DNA of 63,725 bases, filler included, from Stramenopiles sp. TOSAG23-3 (Eukaryota): the NCBI GenBank assembly GCA_900128585.1. It is 28 parts of 28 records of this genome, joined end to end, with 100 filler letters (N's around TTAATTAATTAA, not from the genome) between each part and the next. Parts side by side here need not be neighbours in the genome. Positions count along the whole stretch, not along the records: positions 11,468 to 13,656 come from LT645006.1; positions 13,757 to 15,944 come from LT645007.1; positions 16,045 to 18,230 come from LT645008.1; positions 18,331 to 20,515 come from LT645009.1; positions 20,616 to 22,800 come from LT645010.1; positions 22,901 to 25,084 come from LT645011.1; 22 more parts are not named here. One strand, given 5' to 3'. The position numbers and the translations under genes were made by a program. A model generated the notes under the pieces. That model was not told the origin of the DNA. It ran no database searches and saw nothing but the letters and a program-made list of their open reading frames with translations. Position 1 is the first letter of the stretch; each line of letters starts with the position of its first letter. Of this stretch, positions 12,759 to 23,713 are shown piece by piece.

Positions 12759-12962
12759 TTTGAGATTTTTTAATAAGTATTACTTTCCTTCTCCGGTAGA
12801 AAGACTTCCTAAACGATTATGGTTAAACTTATTAACAACAGGCTGATAAAATTATTTTTTGTGAAAAAATTCTCTCTCTCTTTTAAAATGTTTTTGATGT
12901 TCTTTTATTTTTGGGGTGCGTGCCCACACACGGGCGAATTTTCAGAAGTCTTTTTCCATTTT

Positions 12963-13656
12963 TTATACATCTAGTGGAGCTAATTTCAATGCAGAAGTCT
13001 TAGGTGATGGGGAATTGAGGTGTTTCTCCACCTTTTCTGTATCCTCACCCTCAGCTTTCGCAGCATATGCATTGGAAACTTCCTTCGCTCCATCTTTTTT
13101 AAGCCCTACAGCGGCGTCGTCGTCCGTATTTGCTGTCCCTAGCATGTGGTGATCTGCTCGTAAATTAAGAACGTAATCAAGTGCTAATGCGCAAAAGATT
13201 AGATTGAGAATATGAGCGTATACCCCAAACACTTTAGATCCTAACGTGGTCATCTCGTAGTTACGAGTTGACGCGAGCGGAGATGCGTTTAAAGTATTAC
13301 CGAATACCCATAGTACCCCTTCCCACAGGGTCCAACCCTCCAAAGTTGCCATCACGTCGCCTGTGACAAGCGCGCCAAAGGCAACCACTATTGGGAAAAC
13401 GATCAATAAAAATACTGCAGATTCCAGCAAAAGTTTTTTATCATGCCCCTTGACACATTTCACCAAGCAAGCGGAACAGGTTTTAGCTAACTTTTCCCCC
13501 AACTTGAACGAATTAATAGCGTTCATTATGAACCCGAAGAGCGCTAGGCCGACAATGGCAAGGTAGCATTCAATGACTTGTCCATCAGCAGTTTTCAAAG
13601 GTACTGAAACCATCGGCGTAGTCATTCGCAATATTGCTGACAGTGCAAACTCAAAC
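12963..13656 (-). CDS. Two-pore (K2P-like) channel-fold membrane protein with degenerate filter (5'-partial)
   Basis: TM-EGWTLWEGVLWVF-pore-TTLGSKVF-TM layout, with a similar first repeat (PLKTADGQV); no GYG/GFG. Confidence 0.5.
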
Positions 13657-13756
13657 NNNNNNNNNNNNNNNNNNNNNNNNNNNNNNNNNNNNNNNNNNNN
13701 TTAATTAATTAANNNNNNNNNNNNNNNNNNNNNNNNNNNNNNNNNNNNNNNNNNNN

Positions 13757-13758
13757 GA

Positions 13759-13830
<72 letters not shown>

Positions 13831-13831
13831 A
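13757..13831 (+). repeat. (GAAA)n microsatellite
   Basis: Perfect tetranucleotide run at a contig start. Confidence 0.97.
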
Positions 13832-14193
13832 TTAATTAAGCCTACCTAATTACCTATTAATACTGGTAGTCTATAATGTAATCGAAGAGTACGAAGTCAA
13901 CAGAGATAGAAAAGAATAGCGTACGTAGACCTTGTAACCCTATTATATTTATTATTATATATTTGGTGTGGTGTGGTGAGTGATTTAGTGAATTTCTTCT
14001 TTTGTTTTTCATTTTGAACTTTCATTTTTTGTTGAAGGGTACAGTTGTTTGAATTATATGAGTAAGATTAAAATTATATATAATTTCTATTTGTATAAAA
14101 GATCGAAAGAGATCTTCACAGGGGAGTGGCGATCTTCACATTTCTTAAGCATAAATAAAATTGCAGTAAATTTCTACTATAGAAACCCTTTGC

Positions 14194-14819
14194 ATGATGG
14201 GATGGACGGCTGTTCGTGCTCGATCGTCATTGCAGATTTCCGTCCTTGTCCTTGTCCTTGTCATGTTTCGGGTTGTGGTTCATGCGTCCAACCCCCGCGC
14301 CAACGTTTACAATTCACACGGGCCTGGGTTGGTCTACAAGATGCCGTTGGGGGGTGAGGCCCCGGGGACAGAGGGGTACGATTACCGCACTGGGTTCGGG
14401 CATCAGGGTTCAAGAACGAAGGACTGCAAAGAGAAAATTGCAGGTTACACCAACCACTGCCAAGGAAAGGGCCTCCGCAGCGCCAAGGCAGAGGAGTGCG
14501 AAGAAATGCTGAGCGAGTGGCAAGCCCAGTGCCTCTTTAAAGACGGACGGTGAATGGGCCGAAGCATGGGATATTTGTAGTTAATGGGAAGGCCCCGTTG
14601 ACGTACGCAGTGCGCACCGCCAACGTGGAAATGATAAAGACCTTGGTGGTCGACGGAAAAGCGAACCCGAACTTTCCAAACGCTCACGGCTACAGCAGCC
14701 TGTTCTTTGTGTACGAGGAATGGAGAAAGGAGGATCAAGAATGGAACCTTCATTTAAGATTTTTTTGTGCGATGTACTCGGGTTATTTCAAGATAGTTGC
14801 GTATAGAAAGTACAAATAA
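14194..14819 (+). CDS. Signal-anchored protein with ankyrin repeat, split by a frameshift at 14541-14550
   Basis: ORF 14194-14553 has a hydrophobic N-terminus. The overlapping -1 frame encodes GKAPLTYAVRTANVEMIKTLV...ANPNFPNAHGYSSLF. Confidence 0.55.
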
Positions 14820-15009
14820 CATGTTTCTGGACACGGTCGTTCCTTGCCTCCTTCAAAACATTCTCCAAACTCTCTTTTGCTTTCATAGAATTTGACATGC
14901 TAGCATCACAGGCATGGTCAACATTAGAAATATTACGAAGTAAAAAAACAGTAATAAGATATAAAAAAAATATGAATTATTAAGTGTAACTGAGTAAATT
15001 TTACGTACT

Positions 15010-15944
15010 TTATACATACCCAAACAAATGCTGCCTTTTCTCTGCTTGGGCATTCTTTTGGCAGGGCCCCATGTCCGCACACGCGCAAACGGGCTTCACT
15101 TTCTTATATGCTAACAAATCGGAGACCATAAAATTGAGTTTCTCTCGCATTTCTTTACATGGCCCCGCAAAAATATCGGGTTGGTCATCGCAAACATCTT
15201 CAAAGGTAGTGGACAGCTCGTCCCGGTCCCATTTGTTCGCTTTGTTTACCACCGAGTTCCACACGAAGCTACAGGCTTCGCATGCTTCAACGTCCGTCCA
15301 GGTCTGGTACGTGCCGTACGTGAACCGTTCAACCCGTTTCGGCTTCTTCATGATCTTCTTTGCTCCGAACAGCGCCAAAGCACCCCCGGCAACCGCACCG
15401 CCGACGCCAGCAAGAACCTTGACGACGCCGCTTTTCTTCTTCTTCCCTCCTTTCTTGCCGCCTTTTCGTGAGACAACTTTATGGTCCGCTCTAAACAAAG
15501 CGTGTTGACTGACTTCTAGAAACTTTACCTCGTTGTCCCGAGCCTCGCTTGTTTCAAGCAGAGACGTTGCGGGTGCAGCGTTTTTCGCGCACGAATACTT
15601 AGGGCCGGGCGAACTCATGAGCCCCGACCCAACGATAATAGCACCGGTGCCGATAGCGCCCCCTGCAGCTCCCGCCGCAAAGGCCTCCAGGGCTCCACCT
15701 TTGCTCGCTCTTCCCCCCCTAGTTGCTTTATTCATGGACTTTACTTTTTGAGAGGTACCTGCGAAACGGAACTCCGTGGACGCCTTGTCGGCCGGTTCGC
15801 TCGCATCGTCTTCGGCAGTCCTAAGCATCGCCTCCTCCGGAACACCCGAGCCTGGGAGACCGAGCAGGCGGCGCCTGGACCATCCGAAATCGATCTGTTG
15901 GGCTCGTAGAATGGCGTTCTTTCCAAGCTCTTGCCCAATGTGCT
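15010..15944 (-). CDS. Saposin-B domain protein with glycine-zipper segments (5'-partial)
   Basis: CEAC...C...C...VC...C saposin Cys spacing; the frame is open to the contig end. Confidence 0.75.
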
Positions 15945-16569
15945 NNNNNNNNNNNNNNNNNNNNNNNNNNNNNNNNNNNNNNNNNNNNTTAATTAATTAA
16001 NNNNNNNNNNNNNNNNNNNNNNNNNNNNNNNNNNNNNNNNNNNNAGAAAGAAAGAATTCTCAGTTTTTAAAATCGCTTATTATCCTCCTAATTATCTAAA
16101 GCTGCAGCAGTGGTGTCAGTGTTATTCCATTGTCTTTTGCTGCTTCTTCTTCTTCGTCGTTCGTGCTTCTTAATACCTCAATGAGAAAAGTGTTGCTGTT
16201 ATACTGTTGTATCGTTGTATTATTATTTTTTATTTATTATTATTCTCTTCTTTCTTCTTCTTTTTTCTTTTTTTTTTTGATTTTCAATTTTTATTATTAA
16301 TAATTATAATTATCAGAAGAAGATCATCAGCAGCGCCGCCTAGCAACTAATTTTACACTACCGAAACAACTAACAAACGATGGAACTCCTCCACCCACGT
16401 TCAAGATGAGATATTACACATTTTCTGCGGCCGTGTTTCCAGTCACTTGTTGAAAAAATAGATGATTATTGTCGGTTATTGTTTAATGATCGGCAGATAA
16501 AACCAGACACAGTTAAGCTTTTTTAGGCACTGGTAAACGTTAGGGGTTGAAACTCGGTTTGCCTAATAA

Positions 16570-17676
16570 ATGTTGGTGGCAAAGAGGAGCAGGCGAAACC
16601 ACGGTCCAACTAGTGGGCTGTTCCTGAGACAAGAAAATGCCATTGATATTGACTACGAACGCATGCCTCGGCCAGAGTGCAAAAGTAAAAAATGCGAACT
16701 GGACTGCTGCAATGGAAACAAGGAGGAGGTGAGGGACGCGTCGTACGTCATGGAGTGCAGAAAAGCTGCGGTCGACGGCTACTTCCAAGCTGGCGGGCAT
16801 TCAAACGGGCAGTTTGTTATGTGCTTGATTATTGCACGAGGGTTAAAAAAAACAAGGTTGCAGCCGTCCAAGTCCCGGCGATTTGACTCGCGCCCAAGGC
16901 TCCAGGAAGGGCGGTGCATCTGGTGCCGGACCCTCGAGGTAGCGGAAAAAGACGCAAAGCACAATTACCACCCAAGACGATGCCCTAACTACGAGGATGG
17001 CATTAAATGGTTACAAACCCATCCAGTAAGAGTCGCAAAAAAAGAATGGGAGTACTCACTTCCATCATATGATCATAAATTTGCCCCATATGTTGTGTCA
17101 AGGACGTTCTTCCAGAGTTTTTATTGCATCGCTAGTACGGAACGGTTGATTAGGCTGAAACAGATAAGTGCGTCCACAAACCCAAACAAGTGGAGACAGA
17201 AAAGCGGCGCTGGGGGAAAGAACAAACTAGACCATAAAATTCGGGAAAAGTTTTTTGAATTTTTGGGCCGGGTGCCGAAGAAGAGAGTCGTGTCATCCTC
17301 TGGGGAGTTAGAGCGAGTCATGTTTCAAGAGGGTGTCACGAAAGAGGCTTTATGGTACGAGTTTTGCTCCGTTGAAGATCCCTCCTTCCATGGACAGTGT
17401 GTACGAGTAGGACATAAGCTGACGTACACGACCACGCACAAGAACTTTATAACACCTGAAGATGCAGTCTACGAAAATGATTTAGCGAAAGGCAAGATTT
17501 ATCCAGTCATCCGATATCACATGGCCCTGGAACTTATCAAAGCATATAGTGAAGAGAATCATGTCCTGTTTCAAAAAATACCACCTGCACAACGCAGAAA
17601 GCGCAAGCGCAGCGAGTTGGACGAACTAATGTTGGTGGACGATGACAACATGGACATTGAACTTCTAGCTGTTTAA
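16570..17676 (+). CDS. Hypothetical Cys-rich basic protein resembling the N-terminal half of a DNA transposase
   Basis: CKSKKCELDCC, YSL...VSRTFFQSFYCI, TKEALWYEF pattern; C-terminal RRKRKR NLS; no DDE domain. Confidence 0.5.
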   Translation: MLVAKRSRRNHGPTSGLFLRQENAIDIDYERMPRPECKSKKCELDCCNGNKEEVRDASYVMECRKAAVDGYFQAGGHSNGQFVMCLIIARGLKKTRLQPSKSRRFDSRPRLQEGRCIWCRTLEVAEKDAKHNYHPRRCPNYEDGIKWLQTHPVRVAKKEWEYSLPSYDHKFAPYVVSRTFFQSFYCIASTERLIRLKQISASTNPNKWRQKSGAGGKNKLDHKIREKFFEFLGRVPKKRVVSSSGELERVMFQEGVTKEALWYEFCSVEDPSFHGQCVRVGHKLTYTTTHKNFITPEDAVYENDLAKGKIYPVIRYHMALELIKAYSEENHVLFQKIPPAQRRKRKRSELDELMLVDDDNMDIELLAV

Positions 17677-17686
17677 ATGATAAGCC

Positions 17687-17750
17687 AGATTTCAGTTCGC
17701 AGTACATTAATTTTAATTACTTAAATAACAGCCAATTTCCTTGAGTTTTT
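17687..17750 (+). mobile_element. Family A copy
   Basis: AGATTTCAGTTCGCAGTACATTAATTTTAATTACTTAAATAACAGCCAATTTCCTTG. Confidence 0.85.
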
Positions 17751-17960
17751 GATCAATTTAATAAGCTAAGCCATTCGTTCAGCACACAGGAGAAGATTCG
17801 AGCATACGAAACGTTTCTTCGGCGTTGGGCTGTATTAGAGAGGAGAGGGGTAATTCTTAAAACGTTTAAATTGTTAAAAAAATGCGTGCTTAAGTATCTC
17901 GCAGTTGCACGATATGTTGAATCAACATTGAACGCATATATGCTGTTTACGGCTCTATAT

Positions 17961-18230
17961 TCATGGTTGCGGTGTATGTTCTTTTCTTGTTGGCATCGCC
18001 CGCTCCTTTTGGTAGTCTTCGAATGGTCGTAAAAGTTTTTCTCCCTCGTCTAGTAAAACGCTTTCCACCCTGTTCACAGTTGATTTAAACTCTTTTCCCA
18101 ATTCGATTACTTTATCAAAATTTGTTTTCCCGTCTGGCCCCGCCATGCCAGCATCTTCGGCCACCAGCTCTACCTCTACCAGCTCCATGGTTTTAGCCGC
18201 TGTTTCCAACAAGTGCAGAACTAAACTCTC
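17961..18230 (-). CDS. Small helical protein, possibly Mediator Med11-like (5'-partial)
   Basis: LLETAAKTMEL...EFKSTVNRVESVL two-helix pattern. Confidence 0.4.
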   Translation of the reverse strand, partial: ESLVLHLLETAAKTMELVEVELVAEDAGMAGPDGKTNFDKVIELGKEFKSTVNRVESVLLDEGEKLLRPFEDYQKERAMPTRKEHTPQP

Positions 18231-18330
18231 NNNNNNNNNNNNNNNNNNNNNNNNNNNNNNNNNNNNNNNNNNNNTTAATTAATTAANNNNNNNNNNNNNN
18301 NNNNNNNNNNNNNNNNNNNNNNNNNNNNNN

Positions 18331-20455
18331 TTTCAAAAACCACAGTGACGTTTTGGACAACTTTTGCGGCGACCATGCGGCTGTTGGGAGTACACTGTTG
18401 GTTTACGCTGTTGAAAATATGATAGAAATTAATGCACCCAAGAAAACGGTCCCTGCCGCCGCGTCGGAAACGGCTTCCAAGGCCGAGGAGAAAACGGACG
18501 AAGTAGAAGAGAAAAAGCCGGACCCAGAAGGAGACGCGGCCGCGCTGGGAATGAACGGCGAGGGTAAAGTGGGTCAAAAGGCCCCTGAACACGCGGCACC
18601 GGAACTGGAACCAGAGCGGGAGTACAAAGTAGTTCGGGCAATTAACATGATTGACAAGGGAACCCTGCAATCCAAGTTAAGCACGAACGAAGGAAAAGAT
18701 ATTCTCGCCGCCATGAAACAAGGCGTTATTTACTTCGTTAGAAAAATAAAGGGGGCTCTGGAAGTAAAACCCACCACACACTTCGTATCCACGGACAGTC
18801 GATCGAACAACGCGGAGTTGGTTCGAGATCTAAGCATGTCACTTTACATGGAATGGGGGTTCGTGTACGGACCAACCAATACCTCGTTGGTCGAAATGAA
18901 GAAGCTGCTGAAAGGGCTGTACACCCCAATACTTAGCGCTTCCAACCCGACCAGCCCCGACCAGCCCGGCCTCGACCAATCTGGTGTACTCCCTGCCGAT
19001 GCCGGACCATCAAAAGGCAGCGAGTTTATCGCCCGAATGTCAAAGTTTGTCGGAGAGCTAGGCAGCGTCATAAATCAAGTCAAGAACCGGATTGAACTTG
19101 TCATGCCCGACCCAGATGTGATATCTGCATCCGTTGACGAAATTGCGGCTGACGTCCATAAGTTCAACGCCGTCGAAGACTTACTTGGCGAATGGACTAT
19201 TAAGATCAAGAACATTGTGTCGAAGCAAGTGAGGGCAGAGCCAGAAGGCAAAGGTCCCATGGCAGAAATCGAATTCTGGCGAAACCAGAATGCCGCGCTG
19301 AGCGCCTTGTACGAGCAAATTCACGGAGATACAGCGAAGAAAATGGAAAAGGTTCTTGCGACGGCAAGCTCCAGCACCCTCGACGAGTATTTGAACTGTT
19401 GCAACGAGTTGAACCGGCTTTATGTCGAAGCTGCCGACAACATCAAGTTTCTCAGCACCCTTGAACGCCATTTTAAAAATATATCTGGGGGAAACATGTC
19501 TATCCTGGTCGATGCGTTGCCTTCCGTCATGAACGGGTTGAAACTGGTATGGGTAATCTCGCGCCATTTCAATACGGACGAGCGCATGGTTCGCTTGATG
19601 GAGCGCATTGCAAACGAAATTGCCGATGTTGTGGCCTCCAAAATTAATGTCGCACACGTGCTAAAAGGGAGGCTTCGAGTGGCAAAACAAACCATTGAGC
19701 TGGCAAAGTCAGTGCTTGACCAATGGCGTTCGGCATACATGAAAACAAGGGGTGACATAGAAAAGGCCGCGACCCACCACAGGTGGGAGTTTGACAAGAA
19801 GATTCTTTTTGAACGGACGGACTACATGGCAAGCGTGTGCGACGATCTGCTGTACGTCGTGAACGCGTTGGTACAGTTCCGAATGTTCCTGGGGCCAGAC
19901 CTGCGCGAAGTCACGGGCGAGGGCGACATGATTGATGATGTCATGTCACAGGTTGAAAATCTAGTTGTACCGCTTGAAACCATGCCGTTCGATGTGTTTG
20001 ATCGCAATTGTCGTGCAAGTTGGTTGGCATTGATGGCGCAGTTCAAAGAGCGCGAGGCTGTCATCGATCACCTTTGCCGCACATTTTTGGACACGGCGTT
20101 TGATCAGTTGCGATCGGCAGATGGGGCATTCGAAGTTCTGCAAAGGTTTGAGAATATGCAGAGTCGAAAGTCCCTGAAAACGCAAGTAAAAGAAAAGTAC
20201 GATAAAGTGTTGGTGCGTTACGGGGAGGAAGTGAACATGTGCAGAGAGCTGTTTAACAAGCACAAAGAAAGCAAGTCGCAGACGTACAAGAACCAGCCAG
20301 CGGTGGCGGGGGCCATTTCATGGGCCTTATCGCTGTATCACCGAGTAAAACGTCCTATCATGCGGTTTAACAGAAGCGAAGTGCTGAAGAAAAGTGAAAT
20401 ATGGGAAAATGAGCGGGGGCGTTACGTTGAGTTTGCCATTGAGCCTGAACATTAG
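18331..20455 (+). CDS. DNAH10: Axonemal dynein heavy chain N-terminal stem (DHC_N1), DNAH10-like, fragment
   Basis: GPMAEIEFWR, EAADNIKFLSTLERHF, VWVISRHFNTDERM. Confidence 0.88.
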
Positions 20456-20761
20456 GTAGACGATACTCCCCTGAAGTTAATGAAAGCAAAAACCAAAACA
20501 CTTAATTAACACTTTNNNNNNNNNNNNNNNNNNNNNNNNNNNNNNNNNNNNNNNNNNNNTTAATTAATTAANNNNNNNNNNNNNNNNNNNNNNNNNNNNN
20601 NNNNNNNNNNNNNNNACATTGATTTTGAAACTGTTGTCTCACGAAGAAAGCACGCGATTGAGAGAGAGAGAGATAAATATTCAGTGTGTGCGAGAGAGTG
20701 TCTGTATGCGACTCCGAGGTTTTCTTTTATTCGTGCCTATAAATCGCCAAAAGTTACAATA

Positions 20762-21487
20762 ATGTCTGATTCGTACGGCAAGGAACATGCCGCAAAGTAC
20801 CCTGGAGGGCTGGGGCACTATAAACTGTATGAGATTGAAACTAAGCGTGGAAACAAGTGCAAAGCGGAAACGTTTTTTTCCGTCATACTGCTGATTTCAT
20901 GCTCGTTTTGCCTTTGCGCGTTTGGCACCCAAGTGTCCATGTTGCCGTCGCAGCAAGCGGAAATTATGCAGTACATGTTGTACAATGAAGGCCCTGGCGA
21001 CATAGCAGCGGGCGTAGCGTTTCAAAACATCGAAAACTTATGCGTTGCTGCCTGCATCATGAGTGCCGTTATAATGCAGTGCTCGGCGTGGAATTGGTAC
21101 TGTGCGAATTTCTCGAGTCGGGTGCAGCGTTACCGCACTGGGGTACCACTCAGCTTGCTTTGTTTTCTCGCGTCGTGGGGTTTGGGGTGGTATGTACTCG
21201 GGCATTCCATCTCCGACGTGTACGACAGGTGCCACTCCCACAACCCAACGATTAGTGATGTGAACAACCCCTCCTACAATTACGAGGGTTACAAGTACTT
21301 GTGCAAGCATGGAAACGACAGAATTGGACTTGGGAATTTTTTTAACGTCATCATACTAATCATGTCACCGCTATATTTTCTCTCAAACTGGTGCGGGAAA
21401 GTTTTGAAGTGCCTGAAGGGTGTCCAAAGTTTTGCTGACGAGGAGCTCTCCGCAGCCAAACAGGCTAAAAAAGCGCGACGCTCGTAG
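20762..21487 (+). CDS. Four-TM hypothetical membrane protein
   Basis: Four hydrophobic segments, with a Cys pair in the second loop. Confidence 0.65.
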   Translation: MSDSYGKEHAAKYPGGLGHYKLYEIETKRGNKCKAETFFSVILLISCSFCLCAFGTQVSMLPSQQAEIMQYMLYNEGPGDIAAGVAFQNIENLCVAACIMSAVIMQCSAWNWYCANFSSRVQRYRTGVPLSLLCFLASWGLGWYVLGHSISDVYDRCHSHNPTISDVNNPSYNYEGYKYLCKHGNDRIGLGNFFNVIILIMSPLYFLSNWCGKVLKCLKGVQSFADEELSAAKQAKKARRS

Positions 21488-21637
21488 GGCATGTCCACGG
21501 GAGGGGGCATATAGTATTTGGGGAGTACGAAGTAAATTTACGCTCGTCGTTTTTAGTCGCTTTCATCTCATACATAATTAGCTAAAAGAGTTACTGTTTT
21601 ATGAAATTGTCGCGACCGCGGACGCAACATCCCTCCT

Positions 21638-22408
21638 TCACTGCCCCCGCAAAAATGGTCTCAAAATGTCGGTTCCCTCTACGCCCATTTTTGCCAGGTC
21701 TTTGTTTTCTAAAATTGCACGTTTCAATGAAATGGCTCCCAACGCACCTATTCCATTCTGCGACAAATCTATGTGCTTTACCGAAACCCGTGAAGAACTC
21801 AGCATCCGGGACAGCGCCGCTGCCCCATCGTTTCCAATTGCATTCCCGTGAAGCTGCAGGGTGTGAAGGCGAGAAACGAAATGCAACGGAGGTCCCAATG
21901 CTTTTGCGAAAACTTCTGCACCTGCCGGGCCGATTTTATTGTTTTCTAAAATCAACGATTCAAGTTGGGAAGGCTGGTGAAGGCCTAAGCGTGCAATTAC
22001 GTCGACGTGGTGGTCCGTCAACCCGCAGTCGTTTAGAGCGAGGACGCGCAAGGATGGGGAGGCTGGAATAGCCGCAGCCAGCGCGGATATACTTTTTTCA
22101 CTGATGATTGGCTCTTTGTTTATGTAAAGTTCTTGCACGTGTGATTCTGGGCGCTGTAACGCCTCGCACAAGCGGATGGTTCGTACCTCGCCCAGCTTTT
22201 CTTTGTTCATGATCACCTTCGTGCATTGCGGGAATGTTGCCTTGTTGAACTTATAACCGTCGAACAGGTCTTCAAAAAAGCACGTTGTTTCGTAACCGTT
22301 GACATCGAATTTTATGGCCGTAACGGACGCGAATAGCACCACGGTGACAAAAATTGAGACGGCAAGCGTGCAATGGAATGATGGGCGCCACCTTCGAACT
22401 TGCTGCAT
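21638..22408 (-). CDS. Signal peptide + p24/GOLD-like start + RI-type leucine-rich repeats
   Basis: AIKFDVNGYETTCFFEDL, then LILENNKIGPAGA, LHGNAIGNDGA, LSQNGIGALGA. Confidence 0.75.
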   Translation of the reverse strand: MQQVRRWRPSFHCTLAVSIFVTVVLFASVTAIKFDVNGYETTCFFEDLFDGYKFNKATFPQCTKVIMNKEKLGEVRTIRLCEALQRPESHVQELYINKEPIISEKSISALAAAIPASPSLRVLALNDCGLTDHHVDVIARLGLHQPSQLESLILENNKIGPAGAEVFAKALGPPLHFVSRLHTLQLHGNAIGNDGAAALSRMLSSSRVSVKHIDLSQNGIGALGAISLKRAILENKDLAKMGVEGTDILRPFLRGQ

Positions 22409-22906
22409 TACGTCTTTTCCTAATACCCCTTGGTACTACAACGAAACGACGATAATTTAAAAATGCAAGATAGAAAGCTTGTAACCAATTAATAAACCAA
22501 TGTTTTCGTGTTGTATATAATCTTTTCTATACTCATTTATCATTCAAATGTATGAATTGCTGATCATTCAAATTCATATATATACTTCTTCGATTACGTT
22601 TTATAACAACACACACTTCTTGACGACTCTTTCATATTTTTTCTTCTTCTTTCTTTCTTCAACCAACTATAACGACGACAATAAAAAATAAAAAAAACCA
22701 ATACTAAACAGCTGTATAAAAAACATGTTTGAATATACTTTTTTTTATAATTTATATAAAGGCGCTATTTTAACACCTCTTCTTCTTCTTCTCCTTGTTC
22801 NNNNNNNNNNNNNNNNNNNNNNNNNNNNNNNNNNNNNNNNNNNNTTAATTAATTAANNNNNNNNNNNNNNNNNNNNNNNNNNNNNNNNNNNNNNNNNNNN
22901 TGCAAG

Positions 22907-23713
22907 ATGGGCAACTCAGTGTATTCCGAACAAGCTCACGACGCATGCCGAACCAAGAATATATACAAATTTAGCTCACTGCTGAAGGACGCACCAGATG
23001 GGCAAGAGGTGCTAGACTCTAGGGGAGAGGGTAATATGACCCCGCTAATGACTGCGTCGACCGTAGTTGGAAACCACGACCTTGTTGTTTTTCTTTTATC
23101 CAAAGGCGCAAAGATGGACCTGGTAGATAAGAATGGTTGGACAGCCATGCACCACGCTGCCTCTATCGCAGAGTTAGATATAATTAAAGTGCTGATAGAA
23201 AACGGAGCAAAAAAATATTTAAGGAACAACCTGGGGCTTACACCTATGGATTTTTTTCTAGACCAACAGAAGTTAAAGGTTTTTGAATTAAGCGAGAGCA
23301 AAGAATCCGACGAGGGCCCGAGCGTATTGGTGCCCTCGTATGTAGTCCATGGAGCACAATTTAGCGTCGAGTATGCATGGGGTTCTTTTGCGTCTGGGGC
23401 GTACCTGCAGATATATACCCAATCAATGAAATGTTTGTGGAAAATTGTCCCTAGAATAGGGCACTTCAAATACATCCAAAGGCAAAGCTCAACGCCCGAA
23501 AAAGGGGAGGAGAATGCGTCTGCCATCGGTAGCATTTCATTTAGTTCGGATTTGCTAAAAACAGGAAAGTATTACAGAGTGCTTTTACACTTGTCTAGTT
23601 CTAAAGCAATCGCCTCCAGCAAGCCCTTTAAAGTGGTCCAGGACGACTCCAACGACGACCCAAATTTTGATTACGAGTTTAGCCTCGAAGAAGAGGGGAT
23701 TGAAGACTATTAA
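22907..23713 (+). CDS. Ankyrin-repeat protein with N-myristoylation-like start and beta-rich C-domain
   Basis: MGNSVYS; TPLMTAS, GWTAMHHAA, GLTPMD. Confidence 0.85.
   Translation: MGNSVYSEQAHDACRTKNIYKFSSLLKDAPDGQEVLDSRGEGNMTPLMTASTVVGNHDLVVFLLSKGAKMDLVDKNGWTAMHHAASIAELDIIKVLIENGAKKYLRNNLGLTPMDFFLDQQKLKVFELSESKESDEGPSVLVPSYVVHGAQFSVEYAWGSFASGAYLQIYTQSMKCLWKIVPRIGHFKYIQRQSSTPEKGEENASAIGSISFSSDLLKTGKYYRVLLHLSSSKAIASSKPFKVVQDDSNDDPNFDYEFSLEEEGIEDY

Noticed and set aside
14551-14553. Selenocysteine readthrough of TGA
   Set aside because: The in-frame continuation stops after 8 codons and the ankyrin sequence is in a different frame.
20430-20515. Naturally truncated dynein heavy chain
   Set aside because: The stop is 60 bp from the contig end after an abrupt loss of similarity; an intron or chimeric end is more likely.
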